Positions 1 to 10,698 of a stretch of DNA of 64,000 nt are shown here, in pieces. The stretch is taken from positions 64,001 to 128,000 of the forward strand of contig CAWFQB010000007.1 of assembly GCA_963817895.1 (NCBI GenBank). The letters run 5' to 3'. The DNA comes from an uncultured Chthonomonadaceae bacterium (GTDB taxonomy: Bacteria > Armatimonadota > Chthonomonadetes > Chthonomonadales > Chthonomonadaceae). The translations under genes were made by a program, and so were the position numbers. Position 1 is the first letter of the stretch. Each line of letters starts with the position of its first letter. The notes under the pieces are model-generated. The model saw only the letters and a program-made list of their open reading frames with translations, did no database searches and was not told the origin of the DNA.

Positions 1-49
1 GCCGAATACGGTTACGGCTATACGCTTGTCAAGCCACGTAGCGAGGATA

Positions 50-182
50 CGCCGGGTTGAAACCCTGCGCTGCAAAGTACGAGTGTCCTACGGACACAGG
101 GTTCTTCGGGGTAGGTTTTGTGGGCAGGACGGATTATGTCCGTAGGACATTCGTTTTTGTAGCGCAGGGTTTCAACCCGGCG
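50..182. repeat. Long inverted repeat (REP-doublet-like hairpin)
   Basis: 50-96 CGCCGGGTTGAAACCCTGCGCTGCAAAGTACGAGTGTCCTACGGACA pairs almost perfectly with 137-182; right arm contains GTAG-CGCAGGGTTTCAACCC, typical of GTAG-type REPs. Confidence 0.8.
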
Positions 183-256
183 GGGGTCATTCCCGTGGTG
201 AAACGTTCTCCTGCATCAAAGAGAAACAACGTTTTTGAAAAAGGAGTTAGTTCAGC

Positions 257-493
257 ATGACGCAGATTGTAGAAATATCAAACTCTAATCTGACGCTTAC
301 GGAATTGGTTTCTCTCGTTCGCGCCGGAGATGAGGCACTTTTGACGGAAGAAGGCCGTCCTCTGGCACGAGTGGTTCTGGTTGCTTCTGAATCACCTAAA
401 CGGCGAGTCGCCGGATTACATCGGGGCGCAACACAAATGAGCGATGATTTCGACGCGCCCTTGCCGGACAGCTTCTGGATGGGAACAGAATGA
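257..493 (+). CDS. Type II TA antitoxin (Phd/YefM-like with DFDAPLP tail)
   Basis: 78 aa; LTELVSLVRAGDEALLTEEGRPLARVV ... SDDFDAPLP; RBS AAGGAG; overlaps the PIN toxin start (ATGA). Confidence 0.85.
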   Translation: MTQIVEISNSNLTLTELVSLVRAGDEALLTEEGRPLARVVLVASESPKRRVAGLHRGATQMSDDFDAPLPDSFWMGTE

Positions 494-876
494 ACCTTCT
501 GCTGGATACGCATAGTTTTCTGTGGTGGGATGGTGAACCGGAGAAATTGTCCGTCAGCGCAAGAACTGCCTGTGAAGATGACGATAACACGCTTTTTCTT
601 AGCCTTGTCAGTATATGGGAAATGCAAATCAAGCATCAGCTCGGCAATCTTGCGCTACGCTTGCCCTTGCCTGAATTAATTCAGGAGCAACAGGAAACAA
701 ACGGGCTGAAGTTGCTGCCGGTGAGTATTGAACATATATACCAATTATCGGCATTACCACCCCATCATCGTGACCCTTTTGATCGGTTGCTGATTGCGCA
801 GGCGCAGGTAGAAGACTTTGCAATTGTCACTGTTGACACCATGATGCCTCTATACGATGTGCGTATTGTTGGATGA
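490..876 (+). CDS. vapC: PIN-domain VapC toxin
   Basis: LLLDTHSFLWW, SIWE, HRDPFDRLLIAQA motifs. Confidence 0.93.
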   Translation: MNLLLDTHSFLWWDGEPEKLSVSARTACEDDDNTLFLSLVSIWEMQIKHQLGNLALRLPLPELIQEQQETNGLKLLPVSIEHIYQLSALPPHHRDPFDRLLIAQAQVEDFAIVTVDTMMPLYDVRIVG

Positions 877-917
877 TTTGAATAGACTACAAAAAGTTCG
901 CTTTCTTCTTGAAGAGC

Positions 918-1235
918 ATGAATAACAACTTCGATAACGATGCCGAAAGTACAACGGATGAGGAGTATTCCGCCTTTGTCAAATGGCTGTCTGCTCTTGC
1001 GGTCGCTGAATTACGGCGGGCCGGGACAGATGTTGCGTTACAGAAGCAAGTTTTGTGCCGCTATTACAAACGCGGAGAACGCGCCAATCTGACGCCGAGT
1101 GAATTGATTGACTTTTTGGCCGTAAGCGGCCCTTGTACTCTGGAAGACGCCGGATACAGTAACGAGAAAGCAGTAGCACTAATGCAGATTTCCGACAGCC
1201 TGACTGATGACGACATTGCTCATGCTGTACTGTAA
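918..1235 (+). CDS. Hypothetical protein
   Basis: Open frame of about 105 aa between TA pair and next gene; no motif recognised; start uncertain (909 or 918). Confidence 0.55.
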   Translation: MNNNFDNDAESTTDEEYSAFVKWLSALAVAELRRAGTDVALQKQVLCRYYKRGERANLTPSELIDFLAVSGPCTLEDAGYSNEKAVALMQISDSLTDDDIAHAVL

Positions 1236-1256
1236 GCCATAGGGAGAGGGTTAAAA

Positions 1257-2198
1257 ATGGCGACAATTCGGCAGGAAGGCAAGCGGCTACTGATTGAGAC
1301 GACGGAGTTTCGAGCGGCGATACAAACCGAGGGCTACGTCAGTGGTGTGGCGGAAGGCAGTTTTATAGACCGTAAAACGGGAGCGCGCGATCCGGGCTAC
1401 GGTCTGCTGATTGCCGATTTTCTGCTTTCTCCGGGCGAAGACGCGCCGAACACGCCTGCCGAACGCCGCTATGTTTACGGCGACGGCTATCACGGCGACA
1501 TTGCCAAACACTATGTCGCGCTGCCGCAAATCTGTACGCAGGCCAAAACCCTGCCGCATGAGATTACTGCCGGGCCGGACTTTGTTGCGGTGCGGCAGTG
1601 GCATACCTGGGATGTGCCCTGCCCACCGTATCAGGCAGGCTCGAAATGGGAGCAAACTCTGCTGTTTCCCGATGGCAAGCGCTGGTTTTTAGGTTGGGAT
1701 CGTTTTGCCCCTGCGAATGACGTTGAGCAGGTAATGATGCGGATGGATATGCCCGGACACATCAAGCATCATGGCGGCGATGTGTTCAGGCAGGTGTACC
1801 TGAGCTACGCGGGCAAAATTCCGCAGTACGCCTTTCACCAGAACTTCGCGCCCGACGCCCATTTTTTGTATCGGCGCAGGGACAAACACGTTCCCAAACG
1901 CTTCATCCGCGCGTATCAGTTGGATAACGGCGTGTGGCTGGCGGGAATGGCGCTCGATCCCGCGATTGTATATGAAGCGTGGTGTCATCAGCGCGATTAT
2001 GTCTGCTTTATTGAGGAGTTCGGCGGGCGGAATGTAAAAGTGGGCGAATGGACGGGAATTGTGCATCTGGTAGGATATTTCGACAGCATTGCCGAAATGG
2101 AACATACGTATGACGCTTATCACGGCGCAACCGGCCTGCAAGTCAACGCGCAAAGCTGGTCGGTGACAAAATCCGCAATGTCTCTTCCATCCACATAG
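1257..2198 (+). CDS. Hypothetical protein (beta-rich)
   Basis: 313-aa ORF with RBS GGAGAGG; no family recognised. Confidence 0.75.
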   Translation: MATIRQEGKRLLIETTEFRAAIQTEGYVSGVAEGSFIDRKTGARDPGYGLLIADFLLSPGEDAPNTPAERRYVYGDGYHGDIAKHYVALPQICTQAKTLPHEITAGPDFVAVRQWHTWDVPCPPYQAGSKWEQTLLFPDGKRWFLGWDRFAPANDVEQVMMRMDMPGHIKHHGGDVFRQVYLSYAGKIPQYAFHQNFAPDAHFLYRRRDKHVPKRFIRAYQLDNGVWLAGMALDPAIVYEAWCHQRDYVCFIEEFGGRNVKVGEWTGIVHLVGYFDSIAEMEHTYDAYHGATGLQVNAQSWSVTKSAMSLPST

Positions 2199-2232
2199 GC
2201 CCTACATTCAACAACATTCAAAGGAGAATGTC

Positions 2233-2853
2233 ATGCGTCCCTGTCCTACCTGCAACGCGCCAAATCCAATGAGTAATACCGCCTGCTACTCGTGTGGACA
2301 TTCCCTAACGTCACCGCCCGCGCACGGACAAGCGCCGCCTGCCATGCAGACCTACCCGCCACCGCAACAACTGCAACAGTATGCGCCGCAAGCGTACCCA
2401 CAGCAAGCGCCCGCGCCCCCAATGCAGCAGGGATACGCGCCACAGCAGCCGTACTCGCCGCAGCCCGGTATGCCCCATTATCCACAGGGCTACGCGCCGC
2501 AGCCTCCACCCGGCGTGTACCCTCAACAAATGGCTGCCGCGCCTCCGAACTTCAACCCGGCTGAAGTCGTTAGAGCCGCGCAGATTAAAAAGGAGTATCG
2601 CGCCATAACCGCGCGGCTGCTGTTGGCGGTACTGGCGATGATAGTGGCAGGGGGCGCGATTGCATACGGCTTGAAAGGGCAACAAGCGGTACTCGGCATC
2701 CCCACCATGTTCTGGTGCTGCGCGCCCGTACTTGGCATGATGGCGTATGCCGTTGCCATTTGCCGCTGTCCCGGCTGCAAAGCCTCCCTGATGATGCGCA
2801 ACAACGTCAATGAGACGGGGCAATGTCCGTTCTGCAACGCGCAATTGAAGTAG
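2233..2853 (+). CDS. Zinc-ribbon / Pro-Gln-rich membrane protein
   Basis: N-terminal CPTC..CYSC, P/Q/Y-rich linker, two hydrophobic helices, C-terminal CPGC..CPFC; RBS AAGGAG. Confidence 0.8.
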   Translation: MRPCPTCNAPNPMSNTACYSCGHSLTSPPAHGQAPPAMQTYPPPQQLQQYAPQAYPQQAPAPPMQQGYAPQQPYSPQPGMPHYPQGYAPQPPPGVYPQQMAAAPPNFNPAEVVRAAQIKKEYRAITARLLLAVLAMIVAGGAIAYGLKGQQAVLGIPTMFWCCAPVLGMMAYAVAICRCPGCKASLMMRNNVNETGQCPFCNAQLK

Positions 2854-2863
2854 GAGCGCAGTT

Positions 2864-3163
2864 ATGCTGAAAGCGAACTACGATCAATTTCTTGCCAACG
2901 TTTTGCGTAGCGAACGCGCTGCCTACGGTTTCGTCGCAAATGCGTCGTATGGAGCGGATTTACCCGCCGAGTTGGTATGGCTGCTGATACGCGCCCTTGT
3001 TCGGGAAAAAGAATTAACGCTCAATCATGCGGCACGAGTGGTTCTGGATTTCACCGAGCGCAATGGCGAACAGATACCGCATTTGCTAGCCGGTAAACCG
3101 TTCGTCGGCAAAATCCCGGCAGAAGATGCGGCGGAAACGCGGGAACGAACGTATCAACATTAA
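2864..3163 (+). CDS. Hypothetical protein
   Basis: 99-aa ORF, RBS AGGAG, co-oriented with short gaps. Confidence 0.6.
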   Translation: MLKANYDQFLANVLRSERAAYGFVANASYGADLPAELVWLLIRALVREKELTLNHAARVVLDFTERNGEQIPHLLAGKPFVGKIPAEDAAETRERTYQH

Positions 3164-3186
3164 ACTTTGCGTAAGGAGATACGATT

Positions 3187-4176
3187 TTGGAGTATCGGAA
3201 GGTTGGGAGGACGGGATTGAAGGTGTCGGAACTGTGTTTGGGAACCATGCAGTTCGGCTGGACGAGCGATGAGGATACGAGCCGACAGGTGATGGACACG
3301 TTTTGGGAAGCGGGCGGCAACTTCATTGACACCGCCGACATTTACACGAATTGGGCGGGCGAGGTTTCCTACGGCGGCAAGTCGGAAGAGATCATCGGGC
3401 GTTGGATTAAGGACAAGGGTATTCGGCGCGATTGCGTGTTGGCAACCAAAGCGCGGGGGCGCATGTGGCCGGGTCCGAACGGCGAAGGGCTGTCGCGTTC
3501 GCACATCATGCAGGCCTGTGAGGACAGCCTGCGCCGACTGCAAACCGATGTCATAGACCTGTACCAGTGCCATTGGGCGGATTTGAACACGCCCATTGAA
3601 GAAACCCTGTCTGCGCTGGATGATCTGGTCAAAGCGGGCAAGGTGCGCTATATCGGCGCGTCCAATTACCCCGCGTGGCGGCTGATGGAAGCGGCGGGCG
3701 TGGCGGACAAGAAGCATCTGGCGCGGTTTGACTGCTATCAGCCGGAATACTCGCTTATGGAACGGCAATTGTTTGAGTACGAGGCGATGCCGTTCTGCAA
3801 GCATTACGGCGTGGGCGTGATCCCCTACTCGCCGCTTGCCGGGGGCTTTCTGACCGGCAAGTACCGCCGCGATACGCCCAAACCCGACAGTGTCCGGGCG
3901 GGCGGTATTCTGGACAAGTACGGCAACGATCAGGGGTACGGCGTGATCGAAACGCTGGAAGCTATCGGCAAAGAACACGGCAAAACCGTTGCGCAAACGT
4001 CTCTCGCATGGCAGTTGTCCAACCCGGTCATTACGGCCCCTATCATCGGCGCGAACACGCCCGACCAGTTGAACGACCTGCTCGGCGTATCCGGCTACCG
4101 CTTGTCCCCCGAAGAGGTCACGCGCCTGAATGAAGCCACCAAATGGTCGCGCAACTGGCGTCCAATTTGGGACTAA
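3187..4176 (+). CDS. Aldo/keto reductase
   Basis: [47 protein letters not shown]. Confidence 0.95.
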   Translation: MEYRKVGRTGLKVSELCLGTMQFGWTSDEDTSRQVMDTFWEAGGNFIDTADIYTNWAGEVSYGGKSEEIIGRWIKDKGIRRDCVLATKARGRMWPGPNGEGLSRSHIMQACEDSLRRLQTDVIDLYQCHWADLNTPIEETLSALDDLVKAGKVRYIGASNYPAWRLMEAAGVADKKHLARFDCYQPEYSLMERQLFEYEAMPFCKHYGVGVIPYSPLAGGFLTGKYRRDTPKPDSVRAGGILDKYGNDQGYGVIETLEAIGKEHGKTVAQTSLAWQLSNPVITAPIIGANTPDQLNDLLGVSGYRLSPEEVTRLNEATKWSRNWRPIWD

Positions 4177-4184
4177 GAAGAGTT

Positions 4185-4215
4185 TAGCCGCGAATAAACG
4201 CAAATAAACGCAAAT
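4185..4215 (+). repeat. 10-mer tandem repeat element
   Basis: TAGCCGCGAATAAACGCAAATAAACGCAAAT; related copy on the minus strand at 59852-59882. Confidence 0.75.
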
Positions 4216-4301
4216 AGATACAAAAACCCCCTCGTCAGGCAACGCAGGAGCCGCATGATCGCAGGGGAGGGTGTCCACAAGTGGATGCCCGGGGTGAGGT
4301 A

Positions 4302-4665
4302 ATGATTGCCGCATGGACGCCGCCCAATTGGGTGTATAACTGTTTTCCGCAGCCGGAACCGAACGTGGAAATTGTTTCGCTCTCTTACGTGGTAGCGGCC
4401 ATGCAGGAACAGGTAGACCAATGCACCGAGTGGGACAGTACGCCGCTTGGCTCTGTGCTGCACGTCGCCCACATGCTGGTGTGTTTTCAGGGGGCGGACG
4501 GATCGTGGGCGGCAACGCTCAATCTGCGTACAGGCGATGACGCAGGAGCAGAGCGCACGCCATGCGCCGCGCGATCTTTTGCGCCGCTTGAATGAAATTC
4601 TGGCTTCCTCAGAATTTGATTCTGCGATTTCTCGCAGCGAAGCAGGAATCGCCGCGCAAAAGTAG
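4302..4665 (+). CDS. Hypothetical protein (apparent frameshift near 4540)
   Basis: RBS GAGGT before ATG 4302; ORFs 4281-4595 and 4447-4665 overlap in different frames. Confidence 0.45.
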
Positions 4666-4802
4666 AATAATGCTTTAGAACAATCCCGCATTTTCGGTGT
4701 CAAAGGGTCTATATGCCCCTTCGTCCAACGTTTTCTATTCAATGTTCTCCCTTGAGTGTCTCTTCTGTATACCGCGCCTGAAGCGCAAAGGAGTGTACGC
4801 AG

Positions 4803-5868
4803 ATGCAATTCGACGATCAACTCGACCATTTCAAACAGCAAAGCAGCCAGTCGCCGCTTTCCCGCCGCGATTTTGTCCGCGCGCTTTCCATTGCCGGCGC
4901 AGCCGGACCGGGGCTTGTCGCCGCCGGACTGTCCGGGATCGCCCTTACCTCTACACAGCGCGTTGAAGCCGCCGAAGCCATGGTGGACGGTTTGGGCAAA
5001 CTGCCCAAAGTAAAATTCGGCACACGCATGGGCAACATGATGGTCGCGCCCCTGTGTATTTCACAGGACTGGAGCCGCGAACTGCTGGCCCCCGCCATAG
5101 AGATGGGCGTCAACTTCATTCACAAAGCCGGATATTGGAACGAACTGCCGGAGGACATCAAAAATCTGCCGCGCGAGTCCTACTACACGGACATTACCGT
5201 AGATAGCACCAGTCCGGGCGCCCACGATCCTGACAGCTTCGACGAAGCCTACAATCAGGTGAAGAACACACTGGCGAAAAACGGCCTGAAGTATTACGAT
5301 GTATACCGCGCGCACTATGGCTGGCGGACGCCAGACAAGGTGATGAAGGAGAACAACACGTCGTACAAGGCGTTCCTGAAACTGAAGAAAGAGGGACTGG
5401 TCAAATATTTCGGCGTGTCCCAGCATCCCTATACTGGTGTGGGCAACAGCAGAATCCCCCATTCCCACCTACCCGACAATGATCAATGCCTGTATCGACT
5501 CCGGGATCGTTGATTGCATGCAGGTTTGGTTCAGCTATAACGACGACTATACCAAAGAGGTGCAGGACGCCTTTGCCAGAGCCAGCAAAGCCGGCATCGG
5601 TATGACCGCCATGAAAATCAACCAGCATGGGCGCAAAAAGATGGGCGGCGACGCTGAAAAGCAGAAAGAGATGAAAGCCGACGGCATGATCGGACGCTCC
5701 CTCATCCGTTACGCCATGACCACCAGGCGGCCCGACGGCAAGCCGATCTTCCATACCTGCGTGTCCAACCTGCGCAGCGTGCAAACATTCGAGGAGAATG
5801 TCGGCGGCGTCAGCCCCAAAGTGGCACTACGCGATGGTTTCGACGATTCCATACGCGGCCTCGCCTGA
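4803..5868 (+). CDS. Tat-signal aldo/keto-reductase-like oxidoreductase (frameshift near 5445)
   Basis: SRRDFVR signal, LPKVKFG, KLKKEGLVKYFGVSQH, GIGMTAMK; ORFs 4803-5513 and 5437-5868 join. Confidence 0.7.
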
Positions 5869-5894
5869 GAAACCCCCGTTTTCAATCGGAACAC

Positions 5895-5944
5895 AACAAC
5901 GCGCCCTGCTCATCTCTTTTTGGAGGGGAGCAGGGCGCGTTGTT
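5895..5944. terminator. Hairpin between convergent genes
   Basis: AACAACGCGCCCTGCTC / GAGCAGGGCGCGTTGTT 17-bp stem. Confidence 0.75.
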
Positions 5945-5945
5945 T

Positions 5946-6011
5946 AGATAGGAGATAGGAGATACGAGGTACGAGTGTGATACATCTACTCGTATCTCCT
6001 ATCTCCTATCT
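5946..6011. repeat. Inverted pair of 7-mer tandem repeats
   Basis: AGATAGG-AGATAGG-AGATACG-AGGTACG followed by CTCGTATCTCCTATCTCCTATCT. Confidence 0.8.
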
Positions 6012-6018
6012 TCCTCAC

Positions 6019-7257
6019 CTACACCGGGCGTCCGGTTTTGTCGTCAATGCGGTTGCCGGTGACTGTGTCGGCGGCTTTTTCCATGATGCCGCGCGTATCG
6101 GGAGCGCCGGAACCGTCAACGGCATGCCCGCCCGTTTGAACGCCGGGAATGCTGCCTTCCGTGCTTTGCACCGCGCCGGAAGCCGTTGCCGCTATGTCGC
6201 GCGCCGTATGGCCGGCGGCAGTGCCGAAGGTGGTACCAGTCGTCGTTGTCGTGCCGGCGATCTGCTCCACTTCTACATCCGTGCGGCGAACCGTATCGTG
6301 AACCGTTTCCGTGCGCTCGGTTGCGGCCTTGCCAACAACCACTTCCTCGACAATGCGCGCTTCTTTGGCGACGACCGGCACTTCCGCCGTTTCCGTCACT
6401 TCAATCACGCCTTCGCGCAGATTGTTCAGCGTGGCCGCGTCTACCGGGCGATTGACCGCATGGCGCTCGACGGTGACATGCTCTTCGCGCAGGTTGATGC
6501 TCTCCTGAACGGGTGTTTCCGTGACATGGCTGTATACGCGAACGCCACCGCTCTGCACCTGTCGCTTGCCGAGCGCAATGGACTCTTCCACGACGGGAAG
6601 AACCGTTTCGCCCTGCGCGTTCACCGACTTGGTGGTCATGGGAGCAGCCGTCACAGGCGTAGTATTCATGGTCGCTGCCGTAGTGGTTGTAGCCACAGCC
6701 GCTGTTGCCGCGCCGGGAACATAGCCTTCATTGCGATACTGGTCAACGCGCTCATCAATGTTGACCGCGCCATCTTCGCCCAGAATTTCGGCGACACGCT
6801 GCGCCTGCTCGTCCTGCGCCCGAACCGCCAGCAGAATTCCGCCACGTCGCACGGCCTCGTTATAGTGGGAAGCATCATCCGCAGGAACGCCAACCGAAGT
6901 CAGCGCGCCGACCAGTCCACCGACAACCGCGCCCGTCGCGGCTCCGAGGATCATGCCGCCAAGCCAGCCCGCGGTGGCAATCCAGCCAAGACCGGGAATG
7001 GCAAGCCCGGTAAGTCCGAGCAGCAGGCCCGCGACGCCGCCGTATTCCGCGCCGACAACCGCGTCATGCCCAATAGCGTGACCGGACACATGCGGTTCGC
7101 CCGTCGTAGTCGTGTCTGTCGAGTTGGCCGCGTACTGGCCGTTTTCGTTGTTGGCGACAATGCTAATATCGTTGTGGCCGACGCCGGCGCTTTCCAGATC
7201 AGTTGCGGCTTTTTTAGCCTCATCGAACGTGTCGAACAAACCTACGATGGTTTTCAA
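6019..7257 (-). CDS. General stress protein with YsnF/AvaK (DUF2382) domain
   Basis: VGLFDTFDEAKKAATDL, GLAIPGLG Gly-rich hairpin, LPVVEE..GKRQVQSGGVRV, LREEHVTVER, TVRRTDVEVE. Confidence 0.9.
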   Translation of the reverse strand: MKTIVGLFDTFDEAKKAATDLESAGVGHNDISIVANNENGQYAANSTDTTTTGEPHVSGHAIGHDAVVGAEYGGVAGLLLGLTGLAIPGLGWIATAGWLGGMILGAATGAVVGGLVGALTSVGVPADDASHYNEAVRRGGILLAVRAQDEQAQRVAEILGEDGAVNIDERVDQYRNEGYVPGAATAAVATTTTAATMNTTPVTAAPMTTKSVNAQGETVLPVVEESIALGKRQVQSGGVRVYSHVTETPVQESINLREEHVTVERHAVNRPVDAATLNNLREGVIEVTETAEVPVVAKEARIVEEVVVGKAATERTETVHDTVRRTDVEVEQIAGTTTTTGTTFGTAAGHTARDIAATASGAVQSTEGSIPGVQTGGHAVDGSGAPDTRGIMEKAADTVTGNRIDDKTGRPV

Positions 7258-7386
7258 AATCGTTTCTCCTTACGAGGGGAATGTGCGGCATCTATGACCG
7301 CGTAATGGTGTTCGCAGCGAAGCAGGCTGCAGCTGCTACTACACTTTGCCGTCAGTCCTGTTGTTCCTGTTCCGAGCAGGAACAAC

Positions 7387-7602
7387 TCAGGGACTGCTTG
7401 CGGACTTTGCTCCCGAAGCGGGGCGCGTATTTCCTGTGGGCGCGGTGTCGTTGTTACTGCTGCCGGCGTGCATCACCCGGTAAAGACCGAAAGCGATGAC
7501 AAGCACGATGAGTATTGCCAGTACCAGCGCGATGGGAGACGGCCCTTTCTTCTCCGGGCGATCATAAATTTTTACGTTGGATGTAGAATTCGGATCGGAC
7601 AT
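7387..7602 (-). CDS. Small single-pass membrane protein
   Basis: ATG 7602 with GGAGAG upstream; VKIYDRPE then a hydrophobic helix. Confidence 0.65.
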   Translation of the reverse strand: MSDPNSTSNVKIYDRPEKKGPSPIALVLAILIVLVIAFGLYRVMHAGSSNNDTAPTGNTRPASGAKSASSP

Positions 7603-7963
7603 ATCAGTTTTGCTCTCCGACGCCAACACGCATCCAGGCAGGTTCGCATCAAAAGGACACAAGAGAAAACCAGCCGCAACACAACTTCCAACCGCCCACA
7701 GGTTTGCGCCTGCGCTGACACGGAAGGAATTGTAAAGAAACAGGCTGGTACAACGGGATGAGGGCCTTGCCGGACGGACAAATCCGCATCCATAAACACT
7801 AAAAATACGCTTCACAGATACTTTTCAGAAATGCTGTTCGCGCTTACGTCAGAACATGCGGCAGACGCGCAAATACCGGGAAAGGTTCCACAACATTCAG
7901 GGACGAAAACACTGCTGTTTTCGTCCCTAAATCCTCATGCCGACACGGTTAACGCGGAAGCAA

Positions 7964-8197
7964 TTACTTGCTGTCGCTATCCGCGCTCCTCGCGCCTCCA
8001 CCGCTTCCCCCGCCCTGCGTTCCGTCCTGATTGGCTTTTGATTGCGTATACTGGCGCCCTGTCGTGCCGCTCATAGACCCCATAGACGAATTGCCACCCG
8101 TATCATCCGACCCATGCGAACAGCCACCCAATCCCGTCAGGCTCAATGTTAGTCCCAGGCCTGCCAGCCACAGGGAACGCGAATTTCGTTTTGTCAT
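7964..8197 (-). CDS. Small Gly/Ser-rich lipoprotein
   Basis: Signal peptide ending LGGC; downstream hairpin AGGGACGAAAAC/GTTTTCGTCCCT near 7899-7928. Confidence 0.7.
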   Translation of the reverse strand: MTKRNSRSLWLAGLGLTLSLTGLGGCSHGSDDTGGNSSMGSMSGTTGRQYTQSKANQDGTQGGGSGGGARSADSDSK

Positions 8198-8456
8198 ATT
8201 CTATCTCCTTCTATCCTCCTTAATTTCTATAATCATAATAGTATAGCGCGAAAACGCCATGACATTCCTCCTCCAGCCACACGAATTTGACGAAAAATGG
8301 TTGCATGATGACAGGGCAGATTTCCATAGGTAAAGATACATCATTCGTTTATAATGTTTTGCCTGTCGGCACAGTAAAAGGTGTAAGGCTGACGCAATTC
8401 TGTCAAAACCCCTCTGGCGCAGCATCTTCCGGGCGCAAAGCCGCCCCGAAAAGGAG

Positions 8457-9416
8457 TTGGATTTCGTGGAAAAAATACCTTTTGAGCAGGAAACACAGGA
8501 TTTACTGGAAGCCGAGCGCGAGCGCCGAAGTGTTGCGCGGCGCGATCTGCTTCGCGGCCTGAGCGTGGGCGCAGTGGCCGCTCTGGGCGGCTTTGTCGTC
8601 AGCGGCTGTCAGTTCCGATCACAACAGCAACAACACAAACAACAATGGCAACAACGGCGCTAACAATGGCGCCACGCCAGGCACGGCCCGCGACATAGAC
8701 ATTCTCAACTTCGCGCTGAATCTGGAATATCTGGAAGCGGAGTTCTACACCTACGCGACGACCGGACAGGGCATTGAAGCGCAGGGCATTGCCATCACCG
8801 GACAAAACGGGACGGGGGGTACGACGCAGGCAGGCACGACGATTGGCGGCGCAAAGGTCAATTTCGACAACAGCGTCATTGCCACTGTCGCCGCAGCAGC
8901 TCGCCTTTGATGAGCGGACGCATGTTACGGACCTGCGCAACACCATCACTTCTCTGGGCGGCAAGCCGGTCGCCAGGCCGACCATCAATCTGGCCGCGCT
9001 GGCTCCGCAGGGCGTGGACATCAGCACCACGAATGGCTGTTTAATCGCGTCTCGCGCTTTTGAAGATACCGGCGTGAGCGCGTATGGCGGCGCGGCGCGT
9101 TTCATCAATAACAAAGACATTTTGCGGGCTTCGTCGCGTATCCTCGCCGTAGAAAGCTACCATGCCGCCAACATCCGGCTGCTGATTGCGCAGCGCGGAC
9201 TTGCGGACCCGGCCACAGACAATCTCGATGTGCCGCCGCCCCCGACCGGCACAGCTGTATTTTGCCGTAGACAACAACGCGCTGGCGATTATCCGCACTC
9301 CCCGGCAGGTGCTGAACATCGTCCTTGCCACGCCCAACAGCGCGACCTCGACCAAAGGCGGATTCTTCCCGACGGGAACCTACGCGAACCTGGCGACGCT
9401 GACGTCGCTGGCATAA
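8457..9416 (+). CDS. Ferritin-like domain (desiccation-related) lipoprotein, frameshifted
   Basis: RRDLLRG...VSGC signal; DIDILNFALNLEYLEAEFY, FEDTGVSAYGGAA, ILAVESYHAA; RBS AAGGAG. Confidence 0.88.
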
Positions 9417-9422
9417 AATAAC

Positions 9423-9452
9423 GGTGTTCAGGTGTTCGGGGATTCAGGTGTT
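9423..9452 (+). repeat. 8-mer tandem repeat
   Basis: GGTGTTCA-GGTGTTCG-GGGATTCA-GGTGTT just after the stop codon. Confidence 0.65.
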
Positions 9453-9551
9453 CGAATACGCTCAGGCCCGCATACTCTTAAACCCGAACCTGCGCGAAAT
9501 ACGCGGCATCAACCATAACGTGAAACATAGCGTTGCTTTCACTTTAACTAT

Positions 9552-10537
9552 TTGATAACCGGAGATTTAGCTTTGAAATCCAATGAAACGCAAACGCGCG
9601 TGGAGCGCGTTGAAGAGGAAACGATTCAGGACGCTTTGAGCGATCCGCAGCGCGTCCAAACCCTTGATACTCTGCTGTCGCGCCGCAACGTGTTGCGCGG
9701 ATTGAGCGGCGGAACCCTCGCGCTGATGGCGGGAGCGACGCTGACCGGCGCGGAACAGGCTGCGGAAGCGGGACCTGCCGGCGTAGGTCGAACGCGCGAC
9801 ACCAATCTGGACATTCAGATTTTGAACTTCGCGCTTCATGCCGAGTATCTGGAGGGCGAGTTCTACACCTATGCGTTTACGGGCCAGGGCATGACCGCCA
9901 ACGGCATTGACGTGACCGGCGTGGACGGCAGCGGCAATCCGGTCGCAGTCGGCCCGACAACCGGCGGCACGCAAAATCAATTTCACGGATGCGGGCGTTC
10001 AGTCGGTCGGCAACAACATCTGGCAGGACGAGTTGAAGCATATCGCTTTCATTCGCAGCCACCATCACGCAATTGGGTGGGAAGCCGATTGCCAAGCCGC
10101 CGCAAAATCTGGCCGCGCTTGCCACGCAATTGGGCATTGATCCCGCGTCACAGGCCAACTTCCTGATTGGCGGACGCTCGTTCTGCGATACCGGCATATC
10201 GGCCTATTGCGGCACATCCAAATACCTGACGAATGCCGCCGTTATTGAGGGCGCGGCCCGAATTGTGGCGGTAGAAGCGTTTCATGCGGGAGCCTTGCGG
10301 CTGCAAATCGCGCAGCACAATATTACCGCGCCCGCGCTCGACAACATTGACGTGCCGCCGCCGCCCGCAAACGCCAACTACTTCACCGTAGACCAGAACG
10401 CTTTCGCTATCAGCCGCAGCGCGCGCCAGGTTCTCAATATCCTGTTCCTGACGCCCAACAGCACCAATTCCACAGCCGGCGGCTTTTATCCGCAGGGCGT
10501 GTACGGCAATATCGCTACGCTGGAACAGCTTGTCTAG
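9552..10537 (+). CDS. Second ferritin-like domain protein (Tat signal), frameshifted
   Basis: SRRNVLRG signal, ILNFALHAEYLEGEFY, IVAVEAFHAG; paralog of the upstream gene including DVPPPP and GGFxPxG; start uncertain. Confidence 0.85.
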
Positions 10538-10559
10538 TCTATGACAGCGCCTTCGTAAA

Positions 10560-10599
10560 AACACGCAAGGCCAACCTGTACAGGTTGGCCTTGCGTGTT
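10560..10599. terminator. Perfect 40-bp palindrome between convergent genes
   Basis: AACACGCAAGGCCAACCTGT-ACAGGTTGGCCTTGCGTGTT. Confidence 0.75.
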
Positions 10600-10698
10600 C
10601 TAGTATGAGAGCCAATCTCAATGGCCCTCAACCCGGGCGTCCACTCGTGGACATACCCCTTTTCCCAACTTTCGGAGAAGGGGAAGCTATATCAGGTT

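Noticed and set aside
3160..4515. 451-aa minus-strand ORF
   Set aside because: Antisense shadow of the aldo/keto reductase
5977..7305. 442-aa plus-strand ORF
   Set aside because: Antisense shadow of the YsnF/AvaK gene; no motifs
8370..8456. Possible c-di-GMP riboswitch (GCAAA / CCGAAA motifs)
   Set aside because: Could not build the required two-stem structure by eye; needs an Infernal search
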